Shown here one piece after another: positions 9,654-19,347 of a DNA stretch of 64,000 nt. The stretch comes from an uncultured Oscillospiraceae bacterium (lineage in GTDB: Bacteria > Bacillota > Clostridia > Christensenellales > CAG-138): positions 13,900-77,899 of the forward strand of contig CAZCAV010000002.1 of NCBI GenBank assembly GCA_964496795.1, written 5' to 3'. The notes below the pieces were generated by a model, which worked only from the letters and a program-made list of their open reading frames with translations, did no database searches and had not been told where the DNA came from. The translations under genes were made by a program, and so were the position numbers. Each line of letters opens with the position of its first letter. The stretch's first letter is position 1.

Positions 9654-10703
9654 ATGAAACAGAACATTCGAGTGGCCATGTGGGGCTTCGGCGCGATGGG
9701 CAGCGGTATTGCGGAGGTGCTGTGCCGCAAGCAGGGCGTTGAGATTACGGGCGTCTGTATTCACAATGCCGCCCGCGAGGGCAAGAGCATGTATCAGCTT
9801 CTTGGCATTGAGCGGGGAGACCGGCCGGAAGTGCTGCTCACGACGGACATATCCAAGGTCGTGTATCCCGGTGCGGCAGATATCTGCGTTGTGGCGACGG
9901 ATTCTTTTACACGCGATGTTTTTCCCAAAATTCGTTATGTCTGCGAGCAGGGCGTTAACGTGGTCAGCATTGCTGAGGAAATGAGTTTTCCTGCGGCCAA
10001 GGAGCCGGAGCTGGCGGCAGAGCTGGATAAAGTCGCCAGAGAGCACGGCGTATCGATATTGGGTACCGGCATCAATCCAGGCCTAATGATGGATCTATTG
10101 GCCGTTTGCCTTTCCGGCTGCATGACGGATGTGGAAAAGGTGACCTGCCGGCGCGTGAATTCACTTTCGCCCTTTGGCCCGTTGGTCATGAAGGAGCAGG
10201 GCATAGGCGTAACGGCCGAGCAGTTTGAAAAGGGCGTTTCTGACGGCTCGCTTGCAGGGCATGTGGGCTTTGCGGAGAGCGTCGCCATGATCGATAAGGC
10301 TCTCTGCATGGGCGTCAATGGCTTTTGTCAGCAGATGAAGCCCATCATTACAAGCGTAGACCGCAAATCACCCTACGGCTTTGCAAAGGCCGGCGATGTC
10401 GCCGGTGTCAATATGACCGGACAGGGCACGAAGGATGGCGAGGTCGTGATCGATATGTACCATCCGCAGCAGATAGAGCCAGAGCTTGAGGGCACGCATA
10501 CCGGCGATTACATCGTTCTTGAGGGCACGCCCGCAGTAAGCATGGCCATTCAGCCTGAGGTCAACGGCGGTATCGGGACGATCGCCATGTGCGTCAATAT
10601 GATCCCGCACGTCATCAACGCCAGGCCGGGCCTTAAAACCATGCTTGACCTGCCGGTGCCGCATGCGATCATGGGCGATTTCCGCGACTATATTGAGGAA
10701 TAA
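9654..10703 (+). CDS. ord: 2,4-diaminopentanoate dehydrogenase
   Basis: GGAGG SD. N-terminal Rossmann motif VAMWGFGAMGSGIA is typical of Ord and DapB-like dehydrogenases. It is the first gene of the canonical ornithine oxidative degradation cluster. Confidence 0.85.
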   Translation: MKQNIRVAMWGFGAMGSGIAEVLCRKQGVEITGVCIHNAAREGKSMYQLLGIERGDRPEVLLTTDISKVVYPGAADICVVATDSFTRDVFPKIRYVCEQGVNVVSIAEEMSFPAAKEPELAAELDKVAREHGVSILGTGINPGLMMDLLAVCLSGCMTDVEKVTCRRVNSLSPFGPLVMKEQGIGVTAEQFEKGVSDGSLAGHVGFAESVAMIDKALCMGVNGFCQQMKPIITSVDRKSPYGFAKAGDVAGVNMTGQGTKDGEVVIDMYHPQQIEPELEGTHTGDYIVLEGTPAVSMAIQPEVNGGIGTIAMCVNMIPHVINARPGLKTMLDLPVPHAIMGDFRDYIEE

Positions 10704-10707
10704 GATC

Positions 10708-11013
10708 ATGGCAAAGATAGGCGATTGGGTAAGTATTCATGTCGTGGTGCTGCAACCTGAGCAGCGCGCCATTTCCGCGCTGCCGGAGGATACGCAGAAG
10801 GTTCCGCTTGAGATGTGGGTCAAAGGACATCTCGATCAGGATGCGGAAATTGGCGATACCGTTACGGTGACGACGCGTACGGGCCGTGTTGTAGAGGGAA
10901 AGCTGTTGGAGGTGAATCCCTGCTATACGCACAGCTTTGGCGAATATGTGCCGGAGCTGCAGCAAGCCGGCGATATCGCGCGCGAGATACTCTTCGGAGG
11001 TGGAAAGCAATGA
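10708..11013 (+). CDS. ortA: 2-amino-4-ketopentanoate thiolase, alpha subunit
   Basis: ~100-aa protein (MAKIGDWVSIHVVVL...) between ord and the PLP-dependent beta subunit. Its stop overlaps the ortB start (ATGA at 11010-11013). Confidence 0.85.
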   Translation: MAKIGDWVSIHVVVLQPEQRAISALPEDTQKVPLEMWVKGHLDQDAEIGDTVTVTTRTGRVVEGKLLEVNPCYTHSFGEYVPELQQAGDIAREILFGGGKQ

Positions 11014-12413
11014 AGGACTGTTCTTATCAGGCGGTCATGGCGCGCCGTTCGGAGATCATGAAACGTGCTGTTGGCATGGATTACGGCGTATACGAAAGCG
11101 GCTCCATCGCTTTTGATTACGAAGGCATGATGGCGGCGACCGGTTATACGCTGGAGGATATCATTGAAATTCAAAAAAGCTTTTCTATCGGCGACACGCC
11201 GCTCATAGAGCTGCCGAACATCACGGCGCTTGTTCGCAGGTTTTCCGAGCCCGGCCTTGGCGCGCGCATATTTGTGAAGGATGAGGCTGCCAATCCCTCC
11301 GGCAGCTTCAAGGTGCGGCGCGCCGCTACCTCGATCTATCATGCCAGGAGGATGGGCTATCAGGGGGCCGTGTCCGCCACAAGCGGAAATTACGGCGCGG
11401 CGGTGGCAAGCTGCTGTGCCAAACGGGGTCTTCCCTGCATCGTTGTGCAGGAGACCTTCGACTCCTCCGGAAAGGGACAGCCGGAGATCATAGAGAAGGC
11501 CAGAAAATGCGAAGCGCTGGGCGCTGAGGTCGTTCAGCTCACCGTGGGGCCGGAACTGTTCTATATGTTCTTACGCATACTGGAGGATACCGGATACTTT
11601 AATGCTTCCCTGTATACGACTTTTGGCGTACAGGGCATCGAAACGCTTGGCTACGAGCTGGCGCAGCAGTGCAGAAAGCAGCTTGGCAAGGACCCCGATG
11701 CGGTTGTCTGCACGAACGCCGGCGGCGGAAATCTGACGGGCACTGCGCGCGGGCTCCTGAAGGCGGGCTGTCATGCAGAGGTGATCGCCGCAAGCGTGAA
11801 TCTAAAGGGGCTGCATATGGCTTCGGACCGGCAGTTCAACAGAAAATCCTTTACCACCGGGCATACGGGCTTTGGCATGCCGTTTTCGACATGGCCGGAT
11901 CGCAGCGATGTGCCCCGCAGCGCCGCAAGACCGCTTCGTTACATGGACCGCTACGTTACCGTTACGCAGGGCGAGGTCTTCTATACTACCGAGCTTCTTG
12001 CACGTCTGGAAGGCATTGAGCGCGGCCCTGCCGGCAATACAAGCCTGGCCGCCGCCATTGCCATTGCGCGCGACATGCCGGAGGACGAGGTGCTCGTGGT
12101 GCAGGAGACCGAGTATACGGGAGCCGGAAAGCATGCCAATCCGCAGTTGGCCTTTGCAAAATCGAACGGTATTCGCATTCTGCTGGGCGACCCTCAGGAT
12201 GAAGTGCCGGGGGAAACCATCGTGCTGCCCAGTCATCCATCGCTGATGCGCGCCATAGACGCCGATCTTAACCATATGCGGCGTTCGCTGATTACACATG
12301 CGGCTTCCACGGTGGATCATGCGCCTACGGACGCAGATATTGCGTTTCTGGCTGATGAAACCAAAACCGATAGTAGCTTTGTCAGGGAGGCGCTGCATGA
12401 AGCGGAGCGATGA
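11010..12413 (+). CDS. ortB: 2-amino-4-ketopentanoate thiolase, beta subunit (PLP-dependent, Trp-synthase-beta fold)
   Basis: PLP-lysine region NPSGSFKVRRA, glycine loop TNAGGGNLTG, size ~467 aa, and position in the cluster. Confidence 0.85.
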   Translation: MKDCSYQAVMARRSEIMKRAVGMDYGVYESGSIAFDYEGMMAATGYTLEDIIEIQKSFSIGDTPLIELPNITALVRRFSEPGLGARIFVKDEAANPSGSFKVRRAATSIYHARRMGYQGAVSATSGNYGAAVASCCAKRGLPCIVVQETFDSSGKGQPEIIEKARKCEALGAEVVQLTVGPELFYMFLRILEDTGYFNASLYTTFGVQGIETLGYELAQQCRKQLGKDPDAVVCTNAGGGNLTGTARGLLKAGCHAEVIAASVNLKGLHMASDRQFNRKSFTTGHTGFGMPFSTWPDRSDVPRSAARPLRYMDRYVTVTQGEVFYTTELLARLEGIERGPAGNTSLAAAIAIARDMPEDEVLVVQETEYTGAGKHANPQLAFAKSNGIRILLGDPQDEVPGETIVLPSHPSLMRAIDADLNHMRRSLITHAASTVDHAPTDADIAFLADETKTDSSFVREALHEAER

Positions 12414-12756
12414 TTTTGAAACGCGCCGTGCGCATCTGACCGGATTAAGCGACGAGCAGCTTTACGAGCGCTTCTGGTCCCTTTGCGCCGAGGTCGTAGA
12501 CCCGTTGGTTGCGCTTGGCCGCGAAAACACCTCGCCGGCCATAGAGCGCAGCGTGCTTCTCAGAATGGGCTTTGATTCCATGCAGGCAAAATCCATTGTA
12601 GACGGCTGCGTGGCGCATGATCTGCTATCCCATGGAGCAGGCAACGTTGTGTACAGGGTCTCAAAATCGCGCGGCGTTGACATTCCTGCGGCAGGACAGG
12701 CCCTTTTGGACGGCGCCTGGGACGAGGCGGTCGGCCTGTTTGGAGGCGCGCAATGA
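12397..12756 (+). CDS. oraS: D-ornithine 4,5-aminomutase, small subunit
   Basis: MKRSDDFETRRAHLTGLSDEQLYERFW...SIERSVLLRMGF closely resembles my recollection of Clostridium sticklandii OraS. Overlaps the ortB end and the oraE start. Confidence 0.9.
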   Translation: MKRSDDFETRRAHLTGLSDEQLYERFWSLCAEVVDPLVALGRENTSPAIERSVLLRMGFDSMQAKSIVDGCVAHDLLSHGAGNVVYRVSKSRGVDIPAAGQALLDGAWDEAVGLFGGAQ

Positions 12757-14951
12757 GCGAGTATAAGCTAAAGCCCGATGAGGGCATCAATGTAGCAAAG
12801 ATCCTGGAGGACCTTGAGCATTATCGCCCGCGCCGCCGCGGCTGGACATGGCGGGAGCCTGCGCTTGAGCTTCAAATGGGTCCGTTTACCTATCAGGACT
12901 GCAGCAAGCCGCTGAGGGAAGGCGTTCCTCTGCCGCCAGCGCATAACTTTGACGATATCGATCCGCAGCCTTTGCCGGTCATTACCACGGAGATCGCGTC
13001 CGGCCGTTTTGAGGACGATATTCGCCGCATGCGCATGGCTGCGCACCATGGCGCAGATCATATCATGGTCATCCGTACGGCTGGCCAAAGCCACTTTGAC
13101 GGTCTGATCGAGGGCACGCCGCAGGGCAGCGGCGGCGTGCCGGTCACACGAAAGCAGGTGCGCGCGCAGAGAAAGGCGCTCGATCTCATTGAGGACGAGG
13201 TCGGCCGTCCCATCAATTATCATAGCTATGTGTCCGGCGTAGCGGGGCCCGATATTGCCGTTATGTTTGCCGAGGAAGGCGTGAACGGCTGCCATCAGGA
13301 TCCACAGTATAACGTCATCTACCGTAATATCAACATGCTGCGCTCCTTCGTGGACGCCTGTGAAAGCAAGCGGCTTATCGCTTGGGCGGGCATGGCGCAG
13401 ATCGACGGCGCGCACAACGCCAATGCGACCGCGCGCGACGCATGGAAGGTTATGCCGGAGCTTATGGTGCAGCATGCAATCAACGCGTTGTTTTCCTGTA
13501 AGGTCGGCGTGCCCAGGGAGAATATATGCCTGTCGACCGTCCCGCCATCAGCGACGCCCGCACCCTGCGTGCACATGGATCTGCCCTATGCAGTAGCGCT
13601 TCGCGAGCTGTTCAGGGGGTATCGCATGCGCGCACAGATGAACACCAAATATATTGAATCCAGCACGCGCGAAGCTACGGTCACGCATGTACTGAACATG
13701 CTGGTTTCAAAACTTACGAGCGCGGATATCCAGTCCACGATCACGCCCGACGAGGGTCGCAACGTACCCTGGCACATCTATAACATCGAGGCCTGCGATA
13801 CGGCCAAACAGGCGCTTGTGGGAATGGATGGGCTCATGGATATGGTTGAGCTTAAAAACTACGGTTATCTCCGCGAAAAGGCGCGCGAGCTAAAGGAACG
13901 TGCGGTGCTTTTTTTGGAGGAGATCGTGGCTGACGGAGGCTATTTTGCGGCGGTTGAGGCCGGTGAATTTGTGGATTCTGGCATGTTTCCGGAGCGAAAC
14001 GGAGACGGTATTGCGCGCCAGCTTGCCGGCGGTATCGGCGCAGGCACCGTTGTCAGGCGCGCCAAGGACTATATGGCGCCTGTGGCCGCGCACTTTGGCT
14101 ACAATAACGTCGCACAATATGGTGCAGAGAATCCTTCGGATCTGATCGGCGGATGTACGCTGGAATGTCCGGAAAAGATCGCTTACATTGACGAGCTGGA
14201 CGAAAATGACAACGTTTATCTGCGTATGGATGCGGTAAAGGAATTTGCCGCGCCAAACGCGCCGAAGCTCCGTCCGGAAATGGAATGGCTGGCGGACGGC
14301 ACGGTGATGCTGACAATGTTCCTTCCTGCTGAAAAACGCGTGGCAGAGGCGGCCGCGCTGGAGATCGGGCGGCGTATGGGGCTGCTGGACAGCACCGTGA
14401 TCTCACGCGAGGTGATGCACGGAGCGGAAGGAACGCGCATCGAGCTTAAAGGCAAGGTCGATTTTGCCATCGACGTGGACTCGTTGGTTATTCCTGAAGA
14501 GCCGGACGTATTGGATGACGACATGCTGCGTGAAGCGATCGAGGAGCGCCCTATGGTGGTGGTCTGCGGCACACTCGGCGAGGATGAGCACAGCGTCGGA
14601 ATGCGCGAGATCATAGACATCAAGCATGGCGGCATCGAGAAGTACGGAATACAGGTGCATTATCTTGGCACCTCCGTTTCGCCCGAAAAGCTTGTGAACG
14701 CAGCTATCGAGGTCAATGCCGACGCTATGCTGGCCTCGGCCATTATTTCGCATGACGATATCCATTACAAGAATATCAGGAAGGTACATGAGATCGCTAC
14801 GGAAATGGGCGTGCGCGAACGGCTGCTGTTTGTGGCGGGCGGCACGCAGATCAACCATGACGACGCAGTCAAGGCGGGGGCGGATGCGGGCTTTGGCCGC
14901 GGTACGCACGGCAACCATGTGGCGACATTCCTTGTGAAGAATAGGAAATAG
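12753..14951 (+). CDS. oraE: D-ornithine 4,5-aminomutase, large subunit (PLP and adenosylcobalamin binding)
   Basis: 732 aa with a TIM-barrel region and a C-terminal B12-binding Rossmann domain (VVVCGTLGEDEHSVGMREI). ATGA overlap with oraS. Confidence 0.9.
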   Translation: MSEYKLKPDEGINVAKILEDLEHYRPRRRGWTWREPALELQMGPFTYQDCSKPLREGVPLPPAHNFDDIDPQPLPVITTEIASGRFEDDIRRMRMAAHHGADHIMVIRTAGQSHFDGLIEGTPQGSGGVPVTRKQVRAQRKALDLIEDEVGRPINYHSYVSGVAGPDIAVMFAEEGVNGCHQDPQYNVIYRNINMLRSFVDACESKRLIAWAGMAQIDGAHNANATARDAWKVMPELMVQHAINALFSCKVGVPRENICLSTVPPSATPAPCVHMDLPYAVALRELFRGYRMRAQMNTKYIESSTREATVTHVLNMLVSKLTSADIQSTITPDEGRNVPWHIYNIEACDTAKQALVGMDGLMDMVELKNYGYLREKARELKERAVLFLEEIVADGGYFAAVEAGEFVDSGMFPERNGDGIARQLAGGIGAGTVVRRAKDYMAPVAAHFGYNNVAQYGAENPSDLIGGCTLECPEKIAYIDELDENDNVYLRMDAVKEFAAPNAPKLRPEMEWLADGTVMLTMFLPAEKRVAEAAALEIGRRMGLLDSTVISREVMHGAEGTRIELKGKVDFAIDVDSLVIPEEPDVLDDDMLREAIEERPMVVVCGTLGEDEHSVGMREIIDIKHGGIEKYGIQVHYLGTSVSPEKLVNAAIEVNADAMLASAIISHDDIHYKNIRKVHEIATEMGVRERLLFVAGGTQINHDDAVKAGADAGFGRGTHGNHVATFLVKNRK

Positions 14952-14954
14952 ACG

Positions 14955-16325
14955 ATGCACTGCGACGTACTGATTGCGGAGATCGGTTCGACAACAACGC
15001 TTGTCAATGCCTTTGACGCGTTGGACAGCTCTCCTGCCTTTCTTGGGCAGGGGCAGGCGGCGACCAGCGTGCTTGGCGGAGATGTGCGCGTGGGCCTCAA
15101 TGCCGCGGTCGACGATCTCAAACGAAAGCTCAATACGCCGGAGCTGTGTTGGAGCCGCATGCTTGCCAGCTCCAGCGCAGCGGGCGGACTACGGATGTGC
15201 GTGCACGGACTTGTCTATGATATGACCGTGCGCGCAGCCGAGGCGGCCGCGCTTGGCGCCGGCGCAGTGATCCGGCAGACGACTGCGGGCCGGATCACAA
15301 ACCAGGATATGGCCGAACAGCGCCGGATTCGTCCGAACCTGGTTTTGCTGGCCGGCGGTACGGATTACGGCGAGCGTGACACAGCGCTGTATAATGCGCG
15401 CGTGCTTGCGCAGGAAGGAACCGGCGCGCCTGTATTGTATGCCGGAAACATTCAAAACCGCACTGCCATAGAACGGATTTTTTCAGAAGCGGACATACGC
15501 CTTTATACTGCGGAAAACGTGTATCCCAAGCTGGATGCGCTCAACATTGAGCCGACACGCCGCTGTATTCATGAGGCATTTGAAAGGCATATCGTCGAGG
15601 CGCCCGGCATGACGCACATACGCGACATGGTGGACGGAGCTATCCTGCCTACGCCCGGCGCGGTCATGGAGGCCGCCATGCTGCTATATGGGTCGCTCGG
15701 CGATCTTATGGTGATTGACATTGGCGGTGCGACTACGGACGTGCATTCGGTCACGGAGGGCTCCGAGGAGCTCATGCAGTTTGCCGTGGGCCCTGAGCCC
15801 TTCAACAAGCGCACGGTCGAGGGTGATCTTGGGCTGTATGTCAACGCGCATCATCTTGTGGACATGCTTGACGCCGCTGCGCTTTCGCGCGAACTGGGAA
15901 TCGACGTCCCCGCCGTATTGAAGGAATACCGGCCGATCCCGGATACGCCACAGCAGCTTCTATTGACGGAGCGGCTCTGCCTGGAAGCAGGCCGCATCGC
16001 TTTGAGGCGGCATGCCGGAAAACTGCGGTATATCTATATGCCGGAGGGGCGCAAAACCGTTGCGGAGGGCAAGGATTGTACGCGTGTGCGCCTTGTTGTG
16101 GCTACAGGCGGCGCGCTTACGCGGCTCGAGCATCATGAACGGCTCCTTCGGGAGATCACAGATCTCAACGTCAACGGCGCGATGCTTTTTCCAAAGCCTA
16201 ATGAAACGCGGCTGGCGTTCGACAGAGACTACACCATGGCCTCGCTTGGCGTCCTGTCGCGCGAGAATCCGTCTGCGGCCCTGACCCTCATGAAAAGGAG
16301 TCTGGTATGCGATACCCACTTATAA
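14955..16325 (+). CDS. GlmL/MutL-family ASKHA ATPase, probable aminomutase reactivase
   Basis: N-terminal LIAEIGSTTT phosphate-binding motif and a later DIGGATTDVHS motif, typical of glutamate-mutase component L proteins. Located right after oraE. Confidence 0.75.
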   Translation: MHCDVLIAEIGSTTTLVNAFDALDSSPAFLGQGQAATSVLGGDVRVGLNAAVDDLKRKLNTPELCWSRMLASSSAAGGLRMCVHGLVYDMTVRAAEAAALGAGAVIRQTTAGRITNQDMAEQRRIRPNLVLLAGGTDYGERDTALYNARVLAQEGTGAPVLYAGNIQNRTAIERIFSEADIRLYTAENVYPKLDALNIEPTRRCIHEAFERHIVEAPGMTHIRDMVDGAILPTPGAVMEAAMLLYGSLGDLMVIDIGGATTDVHSVTEGSEELMQFAVGPEPFNKRTVEGDLGLYVNAHHLVDMLDAAALSRELGIDVPAVLKEYRPIPDTPQQLLLTERLCLEAGRIALRRHAGKLRYIYMPEGRKTVAEGKDCTRVRLVVATGGALTRLEHHERLLREITDLNVNGAMLFPKPNETRLAFDRDYTMASLGVLSRENPSAALTLMKRSLVCDTHL

Positions 16326-17371
16326 GAGCTGATCTCGATAAGCTTAGACATAACCTGAGCTTTCTTTCATCACTTTGCCATCAAAATGGGGTGTCCATGA
16401 CCGCCGTGACAAAGTGCATTTGCGCCGATGAACGCATTGCGGCCGTGTTCCTTGAAAAGGCGGACATGCTGGCTGATTCCCGTGTGCTGAATCTTCAAAA
16501 GCTTCCTGCGGACAAGCCTCGTATCCTGCTGCGCGTGCCCATGCCCGACGAGGCGGCCGAGGCCGTCGCTTCTGCGGAGATCAGTCTGCAAAGCGAAGTT
16601 GCAGCTATAGTACGCTTCGGCGCGGAGGCGGAGAGACAGGGAAGACGCCACCGCGTCATACTTATGATCGATCTTGGCGATCTCAGGGAGGGTATATTCT
16701 ATACGGTGACGGAAGCGATCCATCGCGCTGCCATGGCTGTAATAGAACAGCCGTCGCTGGAGCTGTATGGCGTGGGCGCCAATTTGAGCTGCTTTGGCGG
16801 CATACTGCCAGATGAAAATAATCTTGGAGAACTCGTGCGCATTGCGGAGAACCTGAGAAAAAGAACGGGAGCGGCCATACCCATCGTGTCTGGCGGGAAT
16901 TCCAGTTCCATCGGACTTTTGATGGAAGGACGGCTGCCAAAGGGCGTCAACCATCTGAGATTCGGCGAATCCATATTGCTCGGCAACGACACGGCGACAG
17001 GCCGGCCAATCAACGGACTGCATCATGAAGCCTTTGTTCTGTCCGCCGAGCTTGTGGAGCTTCAAAGAAAGCCGTCCCAACCTGTTGGCAGCGCCGGCCC
17101 GAACGCCTTTGGGGAGACGGTCAGCTTTCCCGACGAGGGAGAACAGCTTCGTGGAATTCTTGCGGTTGGCAGACAGGATACCAATGTCGAGGGCCTAAAG
17201 CCGCTGGACCATCATGTGCGGATCCTAGGCGCGTCCTCGGATCATCTCCTGGTGGATCTAAGCCGCGCAAAAACAGGATACCGTGTGGGCGATACCCTGT
17301 CCTTTATCCCGGATTACGGCGCGCTGCTGCGCGCCTATACGAGCCCGTATATCGAAAGAGCGTATCAATAG
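16307..17371 (+). CDS. orr: Ornithine racemase (alanine-racemase-fold PLP enzyme)
   Basis: 354 aa with PLP-lysine context VTKCICAD. Last gene of the ornithine cluster and overlaps the upstream gene by 19 nt. Confidence 0.75.
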   Translation: MRYPLIRADLDKLRHNLSFLSSLCHQNGVSMTAVTKCICADERIAAVFLEKADMLADSRVLNLQKLPADKPRILLRVPMPDEAAEAVASAEISLQSEVAAIVRFGAEAERQGRRHRVILMIDLGDLREGIFYTVTEAIHRAAMAVIEQPSLELYGVGANLSCFGGILPDENNLGELVRIAENLRKRTGAAIPIVSGGNSSSIGLLMEGRLPKGVNHLRFGESILLGNDTATGRPINGLHHEAFVLSAELVELQRKPSQPVGSAGPNAFGETVSFPDEGEQLRGILAVGRQDTNVEGLKPLDHHVRILGASSDHLLVDLSRAKTGYRVGDTLSFIPDYGALLRAYTSPYIERAYQ

Positions 17372-18534
17372 CGGTCCAGCGCGCTGCAAATACGGTCGAA
17401 AGCCTCCGCAAGTACTGAGCGGGGGCTTGCCATATTCAGACGCATGCAGCCCTGATCGTTATCGACAAAATCGCCGGAAAACTGAGCCTGCACGCCCGCG
17501 CGTGAGATCAGCTCCTCGAGCCGCTTATCAGAAAGCCCAAGCTTGGAAAAGTTTATCCAGGCCAAGTAAGCGCCCTCGGGAATACGAAACACAGCCTTTG
17601 GCAGGCGTTCTTTCAGCGTGTCGTCGAGCAGTGCAAAGCTGCCGTCGATATAAGCCCGCAATTGATCGAGCCAGTCGTCGCACTGGGTATAGGCGGCTAT
17701 CGTTGCATCGACCGTGAGCGCGCCCGGATGTCCGCAGACCGTTTTTTCTTCCCAACGGTTGCGAATCTCGGGATCGGAAATCACGAGGTTCGCGTGCCGG
17801 TTGCCGGCAATATTGAAGGTTTTGCTTGGAGCCGTGCAGGTGATGAGCCTCGATTCGTTCGGGAATAGCTTGGCAAGAGGAATATGTCTTTGTCCGACGC
17901 GAATCAAATCGGCATGGATTTCATCGCATACCACAAACACATGGTTGGAAAAACAGATTTCCCCAATGCGTCTCAGCTCGTCCTCCGACCAGACGCGGCC
18001 GGTGGGATTTTGCGGGCTGCACAGGAACAGCATCGTACAGTCCGGCAAAGAAGCCTTCTGCTCGAAATCATCCCAATCAATGGAATAGTAGCCGCTTTCG
18101 CTCAAAAGGCGCGAATACAGCGGCTTACGGCCGCAGCGTTTCATGGCGTCGTAAAAGGGATGGTAAGCCGGCGTCATCACAAGAACGGCGTCATCAGGAC
18201 CGGTCAGGCATTCCACCGCCGCGTGCAGCGCCGTGACCACGCCGGAGGAGAAGCATAGCCATTCCGGCTGGATATCCCAACCATAACGCCGCTTCATCCA
18301 GCCTGCGACAGCGTCCTGATAGACAGGCTCGTCCATCATCGTATACCCGAGAATGCGCTTCTCAAGCCTTTGCCGTATAGCCTCTAAAATCGGTTCGGCG
18401 CAGGCAAAATCCATATCCGCTATCCAAAGCGGGATGTACTTTTCCGGCAGATACGGGTTCATTTCGCGGCCCTTATCCAGCTTGATGCTGTGCGTTCCGC
18501 TGCGATCAATGATTTCGTCAAAATTATACTGCAT
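17365..18534 (-). CDS. PatB/MalY-type PLP-dependent C-S lyase (aminotransferase class I/II)
   Basis: 389 aa with MYNFDEIIDR-like N-terminus (MQYNFDEIIDRSGTHSIKLD), PSKTFNIAG PLP-lysine motif and SPQNPTGRVW motif. Confidence 0.8.
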   Translation of the reverse strand: MQYNFDEIIDRSGTHSIKLDKGREMNPYLPEKYIPLWIADMDFACAEPILEAIRQRLEKRILGYTMMDEPVYQDAVAGWMKRRYGWDIQPEWLCFSSGVVTALHAAVECLTGPDDAVLVMTPAYHPFYDAMKRCGRKPLYSRLLSESGYYSIDWDDFEQKASLPDCTMLFLCSPQNPTGRVWSEDELRRIGEICFSNHVFVVCDEIHADLIRVGQRHIPLAKLFPNESRLITCTAPSKTFNIAGNRHANLVISDPEIRNRWEEKTVCGHPGALTVDATIAAYTQCDDWLDQLRAYIDGSFALLDDTLKERLPKAVFRIPEGAYLAWINFSKLGLSDKRLEELISRAGVQAQFSGDFVDNDQGCMRLNMASPRSVLAEAFDRICSALDRY

Positions 18535-18628
18535 ATGCTGAAGAATTCATCCCCTTTCCGTCGATACTCACAGTGTAAAGCAATCGTGTCAGAAATGCAA
18601 AATTGTAATCAATATTATATAAATACCG

Positions 18629-18656
18629 TTGCAAAATATGAATATGGTGCTACAAT
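18629..18656 (+). promoter_or_regulatory. Sigma-A-like promoter for the RHH-clpB operon (TTGCAA, 16 nt, TACAAT)
   Basis: -35 at 18629-18634 and -10 at 18651-18656, in an AT-rich 150-nt intergenic region about 30 nt upstream of the ATG at 18686. Confidence 0.4.
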
Positions 18657-18685
18657 AAAATCAGTAAACAACAGGCGGTGATGTC

Positions 18686-19333
18686 ATGAACAAAAGCGTA
18701 TATTCCCTGGTTCTCATGGACGATGTGGTGGAACAGATCGATCGCGCGGCCTACGAGATGAACACAAGCCGGTCCAATCTGGTCAATCAGATTCTGGCCG
18801 AGTATGTATCCTATGTCACGCCGGAGAAGCGAATGCGCGAGGTTTTCTCACGCATCGAAAACACACTGGTGGGCGGTGATGCGTTCCAACTGTTGCTGCA
18901 ACCCTCGGAGAGCATGTTTTCGCTTCGAAGCGCGCTGTCCTGTAAGTATAATCCAACGATTCGTTACAGCGTGGAGCTGTATCGCGAGCCTCAACCTTTT
19001 CTGGGCGAGCTGCGCGTATCCGTGAGGAGCCAGAACAGCGCGCTGACTCTGGCAATGATGCAGTTTTTCAAGCTGTGGACGCGCGTGGAGTCGTCCCTGA
19101 TAGGCGAAGCGGAGTATGCTATAGAGGGTATGCGCTTTACGCGCCGATTACGGCTCCCCGCAGACGAAGAGCTAAGCAACGAGGCGCTTGGCGCGTCGAT
19201 CGCCGCTTATATTCACCTGTTTGACATGGCGCTCAAGACGTATTTTGAAAATCTGCACAATCCGACCTGCGCCGTGCGCAGCGTTGAAAGGCTGTATGCT
19301 GAGTTTGTTCGCGGCGGAGCGGTCATTCTATAA
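18686..19333 (+). CDS. Ribbon-helix-helix (CopG/Arc-like) N-terminal domain protein with uncharacterised C-terminal domain
   Basis: N-terminus YSLVLMDDVVEQIDRAAYEMNTSRSNLVNQILAEYV fits the RHH strand-helix-helix pattern (SRSxLI signature). The remaining ~165 aa have no family I recognise. Its stop is 14 nt before clpB. Confidence 0.5.
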   Translation: MNKSVYSLVLMDDVVEQIDRAAYEMNTSRSNLVNQILAEYVSYVTPEKRMREVFSRIENTLVGGDAFQLLLQPSESMFSLRSALSCKYNPTIRYSVELYREPQPFLGELRVSVRSQNSALTLAMMQFFKLWTRVESSLIGEAEYAIEGMRFTRRLRLPADEELSNEALGASIAAYIHLFDMALKTYFENLHNPTCAVRSVERLYAEFVRGGAVIL

Positions 19334-19347
19334 AGGGGGAAAACAGT

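Noticed and set aside
18535-18685. CtsR operator or CIRCE element controlling clpB.
   Set aside because: I found no tandem GGTCAAA heptads and no TTAGCACTC-N9-GAGTGCTAA-like inverted repeat in the leader. Only the TGCAAAAT direct repeats reported above are present.
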